This document shows, piece after piece, positions 50,411 to 63,058 of a stretch of DNA of 64,000 nt. The stretch covers positions 62,001-126,000 of the forward strand of contig JAAILG010000094.1 in the NCBI GenBank assembly GCA_012026655.1, in the 5' to 3' direction. This stretch comes from Hydrolagus affinis (taxonomy: Eukaryota). The notes beneath the pieces were generated by a model, which was not told where the DNA came from, did no database searches, and worked only from the letters and a program-made list of their open reading frames with translations. Position 1 is the first letter of the stretch, and every line of letters begins with the position of its first letter. The translations under genes and the position numbers were made by a program.

Positions 50411-52387
50411 AAGATCAACAATGTCCAACAATCCAGCACAGTGCTTTGTTACCACTGGCTGCAAGATATTATCCCAACAACAGTAACCTGCATTTGTATT
50501 CTGCCTTTCACATGGGTAGCGTTTTGGAGCACGTTTAGATGTCACGATTGATTTGACGCAGACCTGGAAATAGAGAATTGTGGTGTTAAGAAGCTTGAGA
50601 AGGGGTGAGGTAAAAGAAGCCAACTCACCTTTGGAAATTAAGATACATTCTAGAAATATGAGAAAGATCCATTCTAAGCAGAAAATCTAAGACCCGATGT
50701 ACCAACAGAAAGGAGGAAACCCTCTGAAATAAATCACTAACACGTGTTCAGTGTTTCTTAAAAATATATCTTTTGTGTGAAAGAAAAGTATACACTCCAC
50801 CGCATTCTCTGAACTCCATTGGGTGCTGACACATTGGAACAGATGTCTTGGTTCGAGCGACCTGATTTTTAGAACGTGGGCAAACCCTGATTGTTGATAT
50901 GCTGGCAGGTTAGAGCACAAACACTCCTTGTTATCGATGTTCATGCTATAGGTCTGTGCAAAGCTGATAGCCACCATCTTTGTTTCCCCTCCCTATGGAG
51001 TGTTTGCAAAACATAACAAATAGAGTAGTCAGTCCTGGCATTCGGGCTGGAGTTGGAAAGTGGTTCACAATGCTGGGTGACCATAGAATGAGGACGAAAA
51101 ACAAAATGCAATATTGGAGGGGGTGAAGTTGATGCTGTCAGAAATGATGAGCTAGATATAACCACCTGAGAGATGCTTTTCGCAGCTCGCAGAAGTCATG
51201 GACCAAACCTGTCCAAAATAATTTAATAAGACAAGGGTCAAAATAATGATACTTCTAAATAAATTCTGTAGCAAAAATATGATATAGTAAACGTGGTTTA
51301 AAAAACCCTCAGCACTTGGCTACAGATTTGGAACCAAACACTTCCTGATTGTGCGAGAATGCTTTCTCCTTCCAGCCTTTTCAGTACAGATTCACCACCA
51401 CCTTCGATTAAGGACAGGTTTCAAGGACATTTTGTTTGACCATATTTTCTCTACTGGCAGTAAATGAGAGCATAGAATGCATCCACACTAACCACATTTA
51501 GACACCTTTATTTCTTCTCCAACGGGTTGACCACTTTATCAATTTAGTAGGGCATAGAATACAATAGTTCTGGAGGAAAGGGAGGAAAATGAAGAGCCTG
51601 AATCACTACGCCAGAAGACTTCAATATGCGAGGAGTTGAACCAAGCTGACACACACCACTGTGAAATTTCACCACAGAGCTACATTTCAGTAGAAAAGAC
51701 CCCACAGTAACACAACCAGCTTGAGCTGATGCATTTGCAAACATTTGCATGGAATAAACAGTGCCGAATAAAATCAGTCCTGAGTCAACAAAACAAGATT
51801 AAAAATTTGATTTCTTCAGAGTAGGGGAATCTGTGATCCTGGCTATAAATACTGTAACTGAGACCAATGTAAACAGCACTTCAGTGCTGACTACAGCTTT
51901 TTTCCCCACTCAACGTCCCATTTCCCTTTCAAGTCAATGTTTTGATTTGCCGATCTGCACTCTCCAATATTCTTATTTCTCGCACCAGAAAAAACCCAAT
52001 GTAGTTTCTCGCAGGCTGTTATAGATTTTGCTATTACAGATAAAAGGGATATCCAATTTAAACAAAAACCCAGGTTGGTAATGGTTCTCACAGATGTTAT
52101 CACAATGTAATGGTGTTTTCTGGCAACTGCTTTATTTCACTTGAACTGTGCGAACTCTTGGTGTTTAATCTCTATGTTGACATCTGAATAGATTCTATTG
52201 TTTATTGACAGAAAGAAAGCATTTTTCACTTTGAACAATGTGAAAATGAGTTTTGTTCCAAAGGGAAATGGATTGTAAAATGCTGGGTGTGAGATATTTG
52301 GCAAGATTTTGCAAAGTGCTTCACTTTCACTATACAAGAAGCGAAAGGATGCCAAGCTGGCATGAGTGCATGCAGTGGGGGTGGAGC

Positions 52388-52442
52388 TGGGGAGGGAGGT
52401 AATCATAGGGAAAGATGGGGAGGGAGGTAATCATAGGGAAAG
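52388..52442 (+). repeat. Perfect tandem duplication, 28-bp period
   Basis: tggggagggaggtaatcatagggaaag at 52388-52414 and 52416-52442. Confidence 0.95.
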
Positions 52443-52859
52443 TCAAATTATAGTGTTCAAACTGCTGGTAATCCTGGTTCATATCATGTAACTCAGGACA
52501 CGATGGGTAGGATTCCAAGGTGTAACCGTGGGGTTTCAAGCACTCAAAGACGCCGTTTGGCGTGAAGGGAGCTACATAAATGCAAGTTGTTTTTGTTTGA
52601 AAGGCCTTCTTCCACTGAACCATTGGAACAATATGCATCCCTCTTTGTCAGAGCTTTGGGATGTCCTCCCAAAGGAGGGTGAAAGGCACTCTAGAAATGT
52701 AATTTTGTTGCTGTTACTGTATCAACATTTTATGACCTGCTGGTGAATCATCAGTTCCTAGACAGGACTGGCCCCCTTTCTGTGTTGAAAACATTTTATT
52801 GTTTCTAATTTCTTCTAAATTACTCTGTTTTTTGTCGTGACCTGCTCCTACTGAATAAC

Positions 52860-53030
52860 ATGAGTCATTCAATCCACGCCTGTTTGTGGGACACTGCTGT
52901 GCAACAGTGGCTGCCACTTTTGGCCCACAAAATACACAGTCAACTCACTTTACAATGCATACTTTGAAGAACTATGAGAAGACTCAACAATGTGATAAGG
53001 TGCTTTGTCAAATGGAATGATGATTATCAC
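52860..53030 (+). mobile_element. SINE 3' half (tail type C)
   Basis: gtcattcaatccacgcctgtttgtgggacactgctgtgc...cagtcaactcactttacaat. Confidence 0.8.
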
Positions 53031-53219
53031 TGCCCCTGTTCTATTTTATGAAAAGGATTCCCATTACCATTTAACTGCGAGGAAGTGTCTCAAGGCGAAA
53101 TGCAAATCAGTCTTTCTTTTACCAATGGGAAGAGAAGAACAGGAATATAATTGGAATTTGTAGCATACTGAATGGCACAGAGAGGTTGAATTCATATGAT
53201 AACTTAAATGTAAAGCAAG

Positions 53220-53320
53220 ATAGTAAATCCAGAGGACACAAACTGTAAATTGAGAAACAATATCAGAGAAAGAAAACCATTTTGCTCAGAGTAATTGATA
53301 TTTGGAATGACCTATTCAGC
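53220..53320 (+). mobile_element. CR1 ORF2 C-terminal remnant
   Basis: ccagaggacac...ttttgctcagagtaattgatatttggaatgaccta (RGH...FAQ.V..IWN.L). Confidence 0.55.
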
Positions 53321-53554
53321 AAATGTAACATAGCCCCCCTAAATAATAGGTTATTTAACATAATCCATATCATGTTTGCTAGCTGCAATCCTTCAAATCT
53401 GTAGCCAGGACTTGCATGCATGATGCAGAATCAGTGATTAGTGCAAACAACATATAAAAGAGAGAGAATGAAAGATTTGTTTAGTAATGGAAATATGTTG
53501 ACTGTATTATACAACTTCATTACTTTATTTTGCACAGACATTTTCACCATGCCA

Positions 53555-53910
53555 GCCTTGATAGACTGGCAGCACTCTCACCCTGGCGGTGTGCTGCATT
53601 GTTGGAAGTGCCGTCTTCAGATTAGATGTTAAACTGAGGTCCCACCAGCATGTTCTTTGGTCCTGCCTGTTGGTGATCGTTAAATATCCCATGGCACTAT
53701 TCAAAAACAGAATGGAGTTTCTCCCCATGTACTGGCCAACTCACTGCTAGATAAAATTCATCATTCACTTCATGTCTGTTTGTGGGATATTGCTGTGCGC
53801 AAATTGATATAGAAATGACACAGACACTATAAATAAAAATATATCCTGTGAAGCACTTCCAGACGTCATCCCGATGTGAAAGGCCCATATTAAATGCAAG
53901 GATTCTTATA
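53555..53910 (+). mobile_element. Deu-domain SINE
   Basis: gtgctgcattgttggaagtgccgtcttcagattagatgttaaactgaggtcc...ttaaatatcccatggcactattcaaaaacagaatggagtttctcccc...aaatgcaaggatt. Confidence 0.85.
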
Positions 53911-54804
53911 TTTTATTTCTAATTGCATCCCTTTCTAGAAGGCATGCACAAGTAGAATGCTCACAGCTGTTAAGTGTATTGCTTCAATAATAATCGCAAC
54001 AGATTAAACTATTCAGACTTTTTTGATCGAAAACTTGAAGTAGGCACCCTTTACCAGCAACTCAGTGTTGAGGGAGCATGAGGACATACTGGGACGCAAC
54101 AACCATAGAGATGGCTGAATTGGTCAATGGGAAATTGCCAGGGAAATCAAAAACTGCAATTGTTGTTTGTCACCAGACTGGAATCCATTTTGGATTGATG
54201 ATGTCTATCTTCTCTCTCTTTGGTTCTTTTGTGTGATGTCAAATATTTTGTGATTTGGTTGGCCCTTTCTGTACAATCGATTGAACAGATATTCTACTGG
54301 AGAATACTCAAACTAGCTGCAGGTTAATTCCGTGTTTTACACTTAAACATTGGGATATCCTTCTGCATATTTTAACAGAAACTTGTCTCTGTGAGCTATA
54401 TAATTGAGTTACAAAGGGTCTTAAATTAATTCTAATCTTAGCCAGTAAGAACATTTTTATCTTAAAATTTATAGAATGTAGAAACATTTTTAAAATTCTT
54501 CAATTCAGTCTTAATAGGGATGCGATTTAATGTGTTTATTTTAACAAAAGTCCTTATATTTGATATAGCCCCATGCACATCAGGAACACATCTCATGCCA
54601 GAATTCCCTGTAAAGCATAGTGATTGTGTATTCATAAGGTGTGAAAAGTATCAGCTTTCAGATTAAGGTTAAATTTAAATATTTTCTACCATTCTGTACA
54701 ATTGTAATAATTTCATTATTATTATTAACAACAATAGCCAGCATTTTCCATAATTGTTGTTATCTATTGTTATTATTATGGTTTATTGTTTAATTATTGC
54801 ACCC

Positions 54805-54963
54805 AGGCCTCCTTCAAGGCCTATCCCAAGGCCTTCTTCATAAATCATTCCTTCAGTCATCTTCTCACCTCTACCACGCTTGCCTCCACCTTTCTTGACT
54901 CCAGCTCCTTGCGACATCCTGCTGACATAGAAGGCTCTATATATGTGCAATGTTTTGTTGTTG
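54805..54963 (+). mobile_element. L2 3' fragment, decayed
   Basis: cctccttcaaggcc...gacatcctgctgacatagaaggctctatatatgtgcaatgttttgttgttg. Confidence 0.65.
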
Positions 54964-56627
54964 AAAATTTTAAGGCAAAATACTCCTTCAGGTTAGACGT
55001 CTGACATGTAGACACACCATTACCATGCTTAAGATTATCCCGATCAAACTGTTTTCAGGATGTTTTAAGGTGCTTAAGATGTTTAAGGACAATTTCCCAC
55101 CAATAGATAAAACATCCCTTACTTTAGAAAGTATGCTAATTAAAGAATTAAATCAGCTTAGAAAGACTGCATTTTTCACCCCACTCGGAAGGGAATAGGG
55201 AGATATGGAGGAGGCAAGGGACAGGGAATAAGGAATATGGGTGGGCTAATATGGTATATAAATAATTTTTTCAAAGCCCTGTTTTGATGCTATTAATTTT
55301 ATGTAATTCTATGTCCAATAACATCCTTTATAACAAAGCAATGGTTAAATAACAAATTACACAGTGAATGACTGACCTGGAGATGTGCTGCACCTTCTGA
55401 ATGCAAACTAAGGTGGCTGCTTTTCTATTCATGCTTTCCCATCAACCCCGTAGTAATACAATCAAGAGCAAATTACCTGAAAGGCATTTGTACATTCCCT
55501 CCTCATTCTTGTATTTAAAAATAATTTCCATCGCTCTGTAAATTGCACCATTCCAGGAAACATTATGTTAACAAAGTCAACAGCTATGACCATTAAACGC
55601 CACTGAATTCCCAGGATGTTTGTTTTGATATGTATTTTACCATTCTTGCTTTATTTTTTGCTTACTGAAATCATTTGGTTTTCATTAGAAGAAGATGTTG
55701 TTCATGGTCTCACCAATAGGTGACGACTACACACAGGAAAGTGTATGGTTCCACTTGAACTGCTTTCAGCTTATTATTATCCTACGCCTTTCGTAGGCGT
55801 AGCTCTATTAATCAATCAATAATTAGATTTATATAGCGCCTTTCACGTCAGGAGAATGTCCCAAGACACTGTACAGTCAGGTAGGGACCAGAGCAGGGGA
55901 AGGGGTCAGGTAGGGGGAAGTACAGTATGAAAATTGACTTATATTTGTGGGCGAAACGTGACAGCCAAATTGTGCACAACAGTGTCCCACACAGTCGTGG
56001 AAGTGGGGTTAGGTTAAATGGGTGAGATTGTCCAGTGAAGATAACCCTATCTGTTAGGACTTTGGCTCAATTATAGCTCCAACATGAACAAAAACCTTCT
56101 CTGTACCTTTTGTTATCTCAAGACCAGTTTCTCTGTTGCTAGTCAACTCCTTCATCTCACCATTGATGCCCAAATCAATTTATTCCAATTCCTTCCCAAA
56201 ATCATTTCACCTTGAACTTTATCTCCCAGGTTCAGAATTCTCCTAAAGCCTACTTATTTGACTGTGTCTTTGGTCAAACTTCCCAATCTTCCTTGCCCCC
56301 CTTATTTCAATGATCTCACCATCTCTATAGAGCATTCAAGATATTATCCGATGTTAATGACATGGCAAAACTGAAACTTGTCTTGTATTTGTTTTACCAC
56401 AAAATACAGTGTGACATTTTGTTTTTATATTTGTTATTCAAATAACAATATTTTATTTGTGTCCCACCAATACAATCCTAAACAGATACAGAAGTTAAAA
56501 TTGAAACAATTCAATTAAACATTGCTGTAATTTGAATATACAGTAGTAATGATTGTAAGGCAAGGTTACCATGCATGAAAGTTTATTCGGCTAAAGTCTT
56601 CTCTCTTGTATGCCTTCCACATTTATA

Positions 56628-57289
56628 CAGTAAAAGCCTGTTTATCCGGCACCCTCTGGACCTGGCCAATGCCGGTTAAACCACGTGCTGGATATTCGGG
56701 CGGCCAGCTGCCGAAAACCCAGCACAAAAAAAAATTAATTAACATTTTTGAAACATACCATATAGACTAAATGATAACAGAATATTGTATGGATTCATAC
56801 CAATAAAGCAATAAATATTGATTAGTCTATAAACACACCACACAATCAAAGGGATACTCTTGTTTCCTTCCTTTCACACACAAGCTCAGTCAGTCTGGCA
56901 TCTCAATGGCTCCAAACCCCTCCACTCCTCTCATTTTCCACCTAAATTAATCACCCCCTTTCTCTCTCTCCACTTCTCTCCCCCAACTCTCTCTCCCTCT
57001 CCCACTCCTCTCTCTTTCTCCCCCCTCTTTCCCTCTCTTTCTTCCCTCCCACCCTATCCCTGCCCCCCCACCACCCTCTCTCTCTCCCTGCCTCTCTCTG
57101 AAACCCGGAAGTGCACTACCAGCAGCATTCAGAGCTGTACTGTACTCTCTTGCGACAATCGACTCATTAAATGCGCCACAGCGATTGTGCCGGATAAGAT
57201 CCGGTTAATCAAATGCTGACCGTTTTTTTGAGGTGCCGGTTATACGGAAGTTACGGTTGATCGGGTCACAGATAAACGGGCTGTTACTG
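56628..57289 (+). mobile_element. Tigger/pogo-type MITE (662 bp), TA TSD, with internal CT-rich tract
   Basis: TA-cagtaaaagcctgtttatc ... gataaacgggctgttactg-TA; CT-rich low complexity at about 56955-57100. Confidence 0.92.
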
Positions 57290-57399
57290 TACTAATAGTG
57301 AGCCACATGGACCCATTGACTAGAGGGAGAGGGACAGTGACTTCTTCCTCTGCCAGCTCTGCTCTTTGATTGACTGTCAAGATGTAACAATAAGCTATA

Positions 57400-57730
57400 A
57401 TAAACCACACTTACATTTCTCATGGCTTCTTATTAGGCTAGAATGTCAAAAAGTGCTTTACCTGGTGGGTTACTTTGAAATATTATAACGGCTGCAGTTA
57501 CGTTGGCAGCTCATCTGTGCCAGCAGCACTAAACAGCATTGAGATAAATGACCACATTACAACTGTGTAGTTTGGTGAAATGCAATGATGGAGGAATATT
57601 GGGAAAATTTACGGCTCTTCATCGCAAATAGTGCAGTGGGATCTACAACTCCCACTTGAGTCAAAGAACAAGCAGCTGGTACCTTGCTTTAATGTCTCAC
57701 CAAAAGGACGGAACCTCTGACATTGCACCA
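57400..57730 (-). mobile_element. Deu-domain SINE, old
   Basis: gtgggatctacaactcccacttgag...tttaatgtctcaccaaaaggacggaacctctgacattgca. Confidence 0.6.
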
Positions 57731-58533
57731 CAGGAGGGCCTGCCTGTTCACTTTCCACATTTCTTCTGCTCCTATGGAAAATGTCTGACTTGTTCGATAC
57801 CTACCATTTGGTGCATCTTAAGATCAGTAATTCAGCTGGGGGACTTCAAATATCTTGTCCCTCTATGACTTTGCACATCGATCCCCTATCACTGAAACCC
57901 TAATCTCACGTATTATTAACAGTTATTTTTAAAACACAATATGTCTGTTGGGTTGATTACTCAATTCCACCCAACATTCCTGGATGGGTGGAAGCCCTGA
58001 GGCATGTTGTCTGCTCAGTCAGTAAGTTCATGCACTGCAATGATGTTACAGAGACTGACATGTTTTTCAATATGTTCTCTGCAGACCTGATGTTGCACTA
58101 ACCCAGCAGTGCCTGAGTACTTGCAGAGATTCAGAAATATGCTCAAGATGTAGTTAACAACTTTCTTGTCCATCTTTCAGGTGAACAACAACAACAAAAT
58201 TAAATTTGTACAGCGCCTTTCACATCAGGAGGATGTCACAAGGTGCTGGGAAACAGAAGGCAGTTTCCTCTGACGACATGACCAACAATCCTCCAGATGA
58301 ATCGGTCATTCAACTCACGGCACTCTGTAGCACTAATGTGTGCTGTGTGCATATTGTTGCTGCAGTTACATTCAAAAACAGTTACTACATTTTCAGAGCA
58401 CTTACCTGTGAAGTAATTTGGGATAGTTTGCATCTCATGAGATACAAGTAAAAATGCAAGTTGTGACTTTCATGACTTTCATGCACTGACCAGAGTAGAG
58501 ATTTGCATCCTTTATCCGTGAACCCAGCAGCTA

Positions 58534-58753
58534 CAGTAAAAGCCCGTTTATCCAGCACCCGATCAACTGTAACTTCCATATAACCAGCATTGCAAAAAAA
58601 AGTCCGCATTCGATGAACTGGAATTTATTCAGAAAAATGCAGTGAAATATATATATAAATTTTTCTTTTTTGTGTTTTCGGCTGAATATTCGGCAGGCGC
58701 TTTAACCAGCATTGGCCAGGTTCCAAGGGTGCCGGATAAACGGGCTTTTACTG
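58534..58753 (-). mobile_element. Tigger/pogo-type MITE (220 bp), same family as 56628-57289, opposite orientation
   Basis: TA-cagtaaaagcccgtttatcc ... ggataaacgggcttttactg-TA (20-bp perfect TIR); its left end matches rc of the right end of the 56.6 kb copy. Confidence 0.94.
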
Positions 58754-58794
58754 TACCTGGTTCTTCTTTCCATTCACTTTTTCTCTTTCTGATG

Positions 58795-59190
58795 CTTTGG
58801 ACCAGTGGTTAGACTTCTGAACTAGCAAGTGAGAAGTTTGTGGTTCAATTCCCGGGCAGGACGAAACCTTAGGCAAGATTCCTTAGTTTTCAACCCTCTG
58901 TAAGATCAGAAGTTCAGTTGATCCTAGCAGTAAGTAAGAATACAGTTGTTAGTCAATTGACGGATTGATTTCTGGGGGTAATAATCAATTCAAATAAAAA
59001 GTAAATAAACAATAATAATTTGGTCGCTCAATCCACGACTGTGTGTGGGATACTGCTGTATGAGAATTAGCTGCTGCATTTTGCCCATAATATATGCAGT
59101 CAATTCACTTTACCGTGTATTTTGTAAAGCTTTAATACATCTCAAGGACTTGATAAGGCTCTATATATCAAATGCAAGGATACTATTAGT
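58795..59190 (+). mobile_element. Near full-length tRNA-headed SINE (tail type C)
   Basis: cagtggttagac...ggttcaattcccgggcagg...aatttggtcgctcaatccacgactg...atcaaatgcaaggatactatt. Confidence 0.85.
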
Positions 59191-59672
59191 TGATTTCAGA
59201 TGTTTCTCCTTCATTATGAAAGGCACTAATTTTTTTGTTGTTGGAGGAATACATGGTAAATGATAGAGGAAACGGGTTCAATGTGTGAGAAGCTGATACT
59301 TCGGAATAGCAATACCATCATAGGCCTGACTGACAGTGCGTGACAATGTCACGCTATTGCTGATTGCACATTCCGTTCTGGGAGAAGAGTTTCTGCTCAG
59401 GACTGGCACAAGTAATGTAACAGTGGTGATGGAGAGCAGAGTCTGATTGTCATCTACCTTCACTCTGTGCTACTTTTTGGCATAAGAAGTCAGTAAGAGA
59501 TGCATTCTTGGTGACAGCATGAGAGCAATGGGTGGTGGGGTGAAGAATGGGAGGGTGGATTGGGGAATGGACGGAGAAGTGAGGATTTTTTTCTTAAATG
59601 CCCCACTATCACAACAATGCATTGAGGTTAAACATTTCAGCATTGCAAGAAATATTTAATTCATCAAGTCTT

Positions 59673-59815
59673 CATAGAATCATAGAATATTACAGTACAA
59701 AAGGAGGCCATTCGGCCCATCGAGTCTGTGCCGGCTCTTTGAAAAGAGCTATTCAAAATCAATCCCACTCTCCAGCTCTCTCCCCATAACCCCTCAAACC
59801 CGTCCTCCCCAAGTG
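59673..59815 (-). mobile_element. CR1 3' end, relatively well preserved
   Basis: catagaatcatagaat...aggaggccattcggcccatcgagtctgtgccggctc. Confidence 0.85.
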
Positions 59816-59961
59816 CCATCTTATCTGGTTCCAGCTCATTTCACAGAAACGAATTGCTTTGAACCCAATTCTCCACCGTTTCCTTGAACCATTTTACAAT
59901 AAAGACTAAAAAGTGCTGGTTGGCAATGCTGACAATGCGTAAGATGTAAATAATAATACTT

Positions 59962-60340
59962 GGAGTCTTGTAGCTCAATGGTTAGAGAACTCGCCTCACA
60001 AGCAAAAGGACTTGGGTTTGATTGCCAGGCAAAGCGAAACGTTGGGAAAGTTTCATAACTCTACATGCCTCAAAGTTCCACTAACAGGCAATTTATGAGT
60101 GGGATTGTTGGTCACTGGGAGAAACGCTTTTCGAACAATGAGTGTCATGGGATCTTCAACATAAACCTGAATAGGCAGACAGAGACTTGGCTTAATCTCT
60201 CTTCTGAAGGATGACACTTGCAACAATGTGCCACATCCTTGGCACCGAACTGGAGTATCATCTTAGTTTATATAAATTCCAAGACCCCACAGCCCCTGAC
60301 TCAAAGACGAGAGTGCTACCTGCTGTGGCAGATTGACGCA
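59962..60340. mobile_element. SINE head (plus, 59962-60070) abutting a Deu-domain SINE 5' half (minus, 60100-60340)
   Basis: ggagtcttgtagctcaatggttagagaactcgcc...; gtgtcatgggatcttcaacataaacctgaataggcagac...gaaggatgacac. Confidence 0.75.
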
Positions 60341-60654
60341 CAAACTGTCAAAAGCTCACAGTCAATTTGCAGGAACCCTGCAAAGTGTTTGTAGTTGATG
60401 CAGGAGTTCCCTAAAGTCACCATGAGTAAATAAATGTTGCAATCCGTAACATTTCAGACCCTGTGATTTCTCTACAGAAGTTTAACCGAATTTCTTTTAA
60501 ATATTGTTCTGGTCTCAGATGGAACAGTCACTGGTGGGAAAGGTTTCTACGTTCCAAGAACTCTCAGAGCAGTATTTCTGCTGGAATTGTCTTGCTGGAG
60601 GTTGATTAGTAATTTGCAATGTAATGACTGTAATTAGATTGGAATTTGAAGTAA

Positions 60655-60765
60655 AATCTGATGAAAGGTCATGCCTGAAATGTTACCCTATCTTTACCCT
60701 TCGCATGGTGGTGACCTCACTCCACTTCTGATTTTGAGATGATTTTCTTGCAGACTGCAATTAAA
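60655..60765 (+). mobile_element. Old Penelope-like pLTR remnant with hammerhead-like core
   Basis: ctgatgaaaggtcatgcctgaaatgtt followed by weak similarity to the other pLTRs. Confidence 0.55.
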
Positions 60766-61134
60766 TACAGTGAAGTAGAATTGTGTCCTCAAGGAGTCTG
60801 GAATTGACTCATTCAACAACAACAACAACAATAAAATTACATTTGTATATCTTTTGGGTTGTAAACCAAGGTGCTACTGTCAACAATGGGAATCAGTGTG
60901 CAACATTTCGCTTCTTCAATATCTGGGCTGCTTCTGGAACAGGCAAAGTGCTGAGATCCAATGACTGGCTGGACAGGCAGAGCTGGTCAGCACATCTGAT
61001 CAAATCTGTTTCGTTTGTTGTGCTCTTGCCTCCGGAGCCTGGTTAAATTTGGCGCCATCACTAAAGGCAACGCTGGAAGATGCATAAGTTAATGGGCGTT
61101 CTCTCTGATCTATCAACTCCACTCCCTACACTGA

Positions 61135-61635
61135 TAATAATAATTCTTACATTTGATACAGTGCCTCATCGGTTTGTCACGGCATCTCAAAGCACTTCTC
61201 TTGATTTTACCGTGAAGTGTAGTGACTGTGTAGTTGTCTACAAATTCCTACAAAATGATAATTATCATACTTGTGAATTCTCTTTTGACTGTGCCTTTGG
61301 TCATCCTCTCACTCATCCTCTTTGCCCTCCATCCCTCATGATTCCAAACCCCAGCTCAGATGCAAACCCTTGATTGTCCAGCATCCTGATGTGTAAGGCA
61401 CTATAAAAATACAATTCGTTGTAGATATTGATAATGAAAATAATAATTTGATATAGCACCTTTTCACATTATTGAAAGATCTTCACAGGATTTATTGTAA
61501 AGTGTAGTATTTGTCAGTTTTGTAGGCAAACACAGCAGCTGTTTTGTGCACAGCAATATCCCACAAACATCCATGAAGTAAATAACCCATTTCTTCTGTT
61601 TGGCCAGGACACTGAGAGAAACTCCCTTCTTGATG
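61135..61635. mobile_element. Cluster: SINE tail (minus), L2 3' fragment (plus, 61276-61421), Deu-SINE 3' half (minus)
   Basis: Shared tail and body motifs with the copies above. Confidence 0.7.
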
Positions 61636-62991
61636 GAAACCACATATGCTACTCCAGTAAAAACTAATATTCTTGCCAAAATACGCACACCAGTAATTCA
61701 CAAAGGGAAAAAAGATTCAGCAGAATTCTTGATTTGAATGAAGTTACATTGCTCCATCAGTTGATGTGAAGAGTCTGCTCTGAGAGATCTGAACCTGTGT
61801 GTGGCTGAGCTATATTTCAATCTGATATGTGACATGACATGTACTGATTGATATCTTGACTTCCCAATGTCTCTGTGACCTGCTTTGTTCTATTCAGTTC
61901 TGTCTACCACTTCTCTGAAATGCTGTAATGAGAAAGAGTCAATGCTCTCTCCCAAGAGAGAAACATGTGAAGCCGCAAGGACTTCTGTTTCTGTTTGTAA
62001 TAGTTTGTAACAAAAGCATTGGCATTGGTGAATCCCATTTTCTCCTGTGTCATGAAAATATGTGTGGCCTGAAATTTCACCTAGTCTTACTTGGCCTGTT
62101 TAAAACCATTTTGCCATTAACATTTAAGGATTGTTGAAAAACATTCAATTCAACCTTGATTGCAAGTTGGTTCTATTTAAGAACTGTAGAATATCAGCTT
62201 CCACATTAAACTGGATTAAAAAAAATTCCACAATTCTGGGAAGTCTTATACTTGAGAACAAAATGTTCTTACGAAGGTAAGACTAGATGAAATGTTAGGC
62301 CATGTAAGCTTTGCCACAAACAGACCCCTTCAGTTGTGAGAGGGTTAACACCAGTTTGATCAAACAGTCAGATTTCAGAAAACAGTCAGAAAGTGGAATA
62401 ATGCCAATAAATTGCTGCAAGACGAGGGTTAGCAATCAGTTTCCCCGCCCCCTCCCAAGCTAAAACACCCAGGTTAAATTTAAAGTGTTCAGATATAGTA
62501 AAGCAATGAGATTAATCAAATTCAAGTGTAACATCAATGGAAGCAGACACAGCATCGAGCTCTGTCAGACTCAGCAATTACAATGAGCTGAACATTGTCA
62601 TCAACTGAAAATGAAATAAGTGGTTAATTAGCATGTTGCCTTGCCAGTGTCAGTAAGGAGAGTGCTGCACACATATACACACATACACATATACACATGT
62701 GCCCATTCAAGCTAATTTAACAGATTTCTCACATCAGCATACCAGGGAATTATTCATTGAAGGACAGAAAGTTACAGAATAAATGGTACGGTTAATTTTC
62801 TGTGGATTTTTTGATCACCGGTGTATCTGAAACATGCAGAAATCTATTGCCATACCTAAGAATAGCCAACATATTTAGGTATAGGTTAGCAAGAGCCATA
62901 GTTTGAAGACCCCAGAATATGTGTTGATGGTTTTACTGTGGTTTAGCTAATTAAAACCAAGCAGGAATTGCTCAGTGGCAAACTTCTTACT

Positions 62992-63058
62992 AAGCGCTCT
63001 GAAACGCCATCTGATGTGGAGGGCGCTATATAAATCCAAATTGTTGTTGTTGTTGTTG
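62992..63058 (+). mobile_element. L2 type A tail-only insertion
   Basis: aagcgctctgaaacgccatctgatgtggagggcgctatataaatccaaa(ttg)6. Confidence 0.82.

Noticed and set aside
52388-52442. CRISPR-like or functional direct repeats (also 22135-22164, 14227-14246, 49538-49572)
   Set aside because: Only two to four adjacent units, no spacers, eukaryotic context; ordinary slippage duplications
58395-58425. Recursive splice site ttcacag|gtaagt on the minus strand
   Set aside because: Weak polypyrimidine tract and located inside a decayed SINE-like tail
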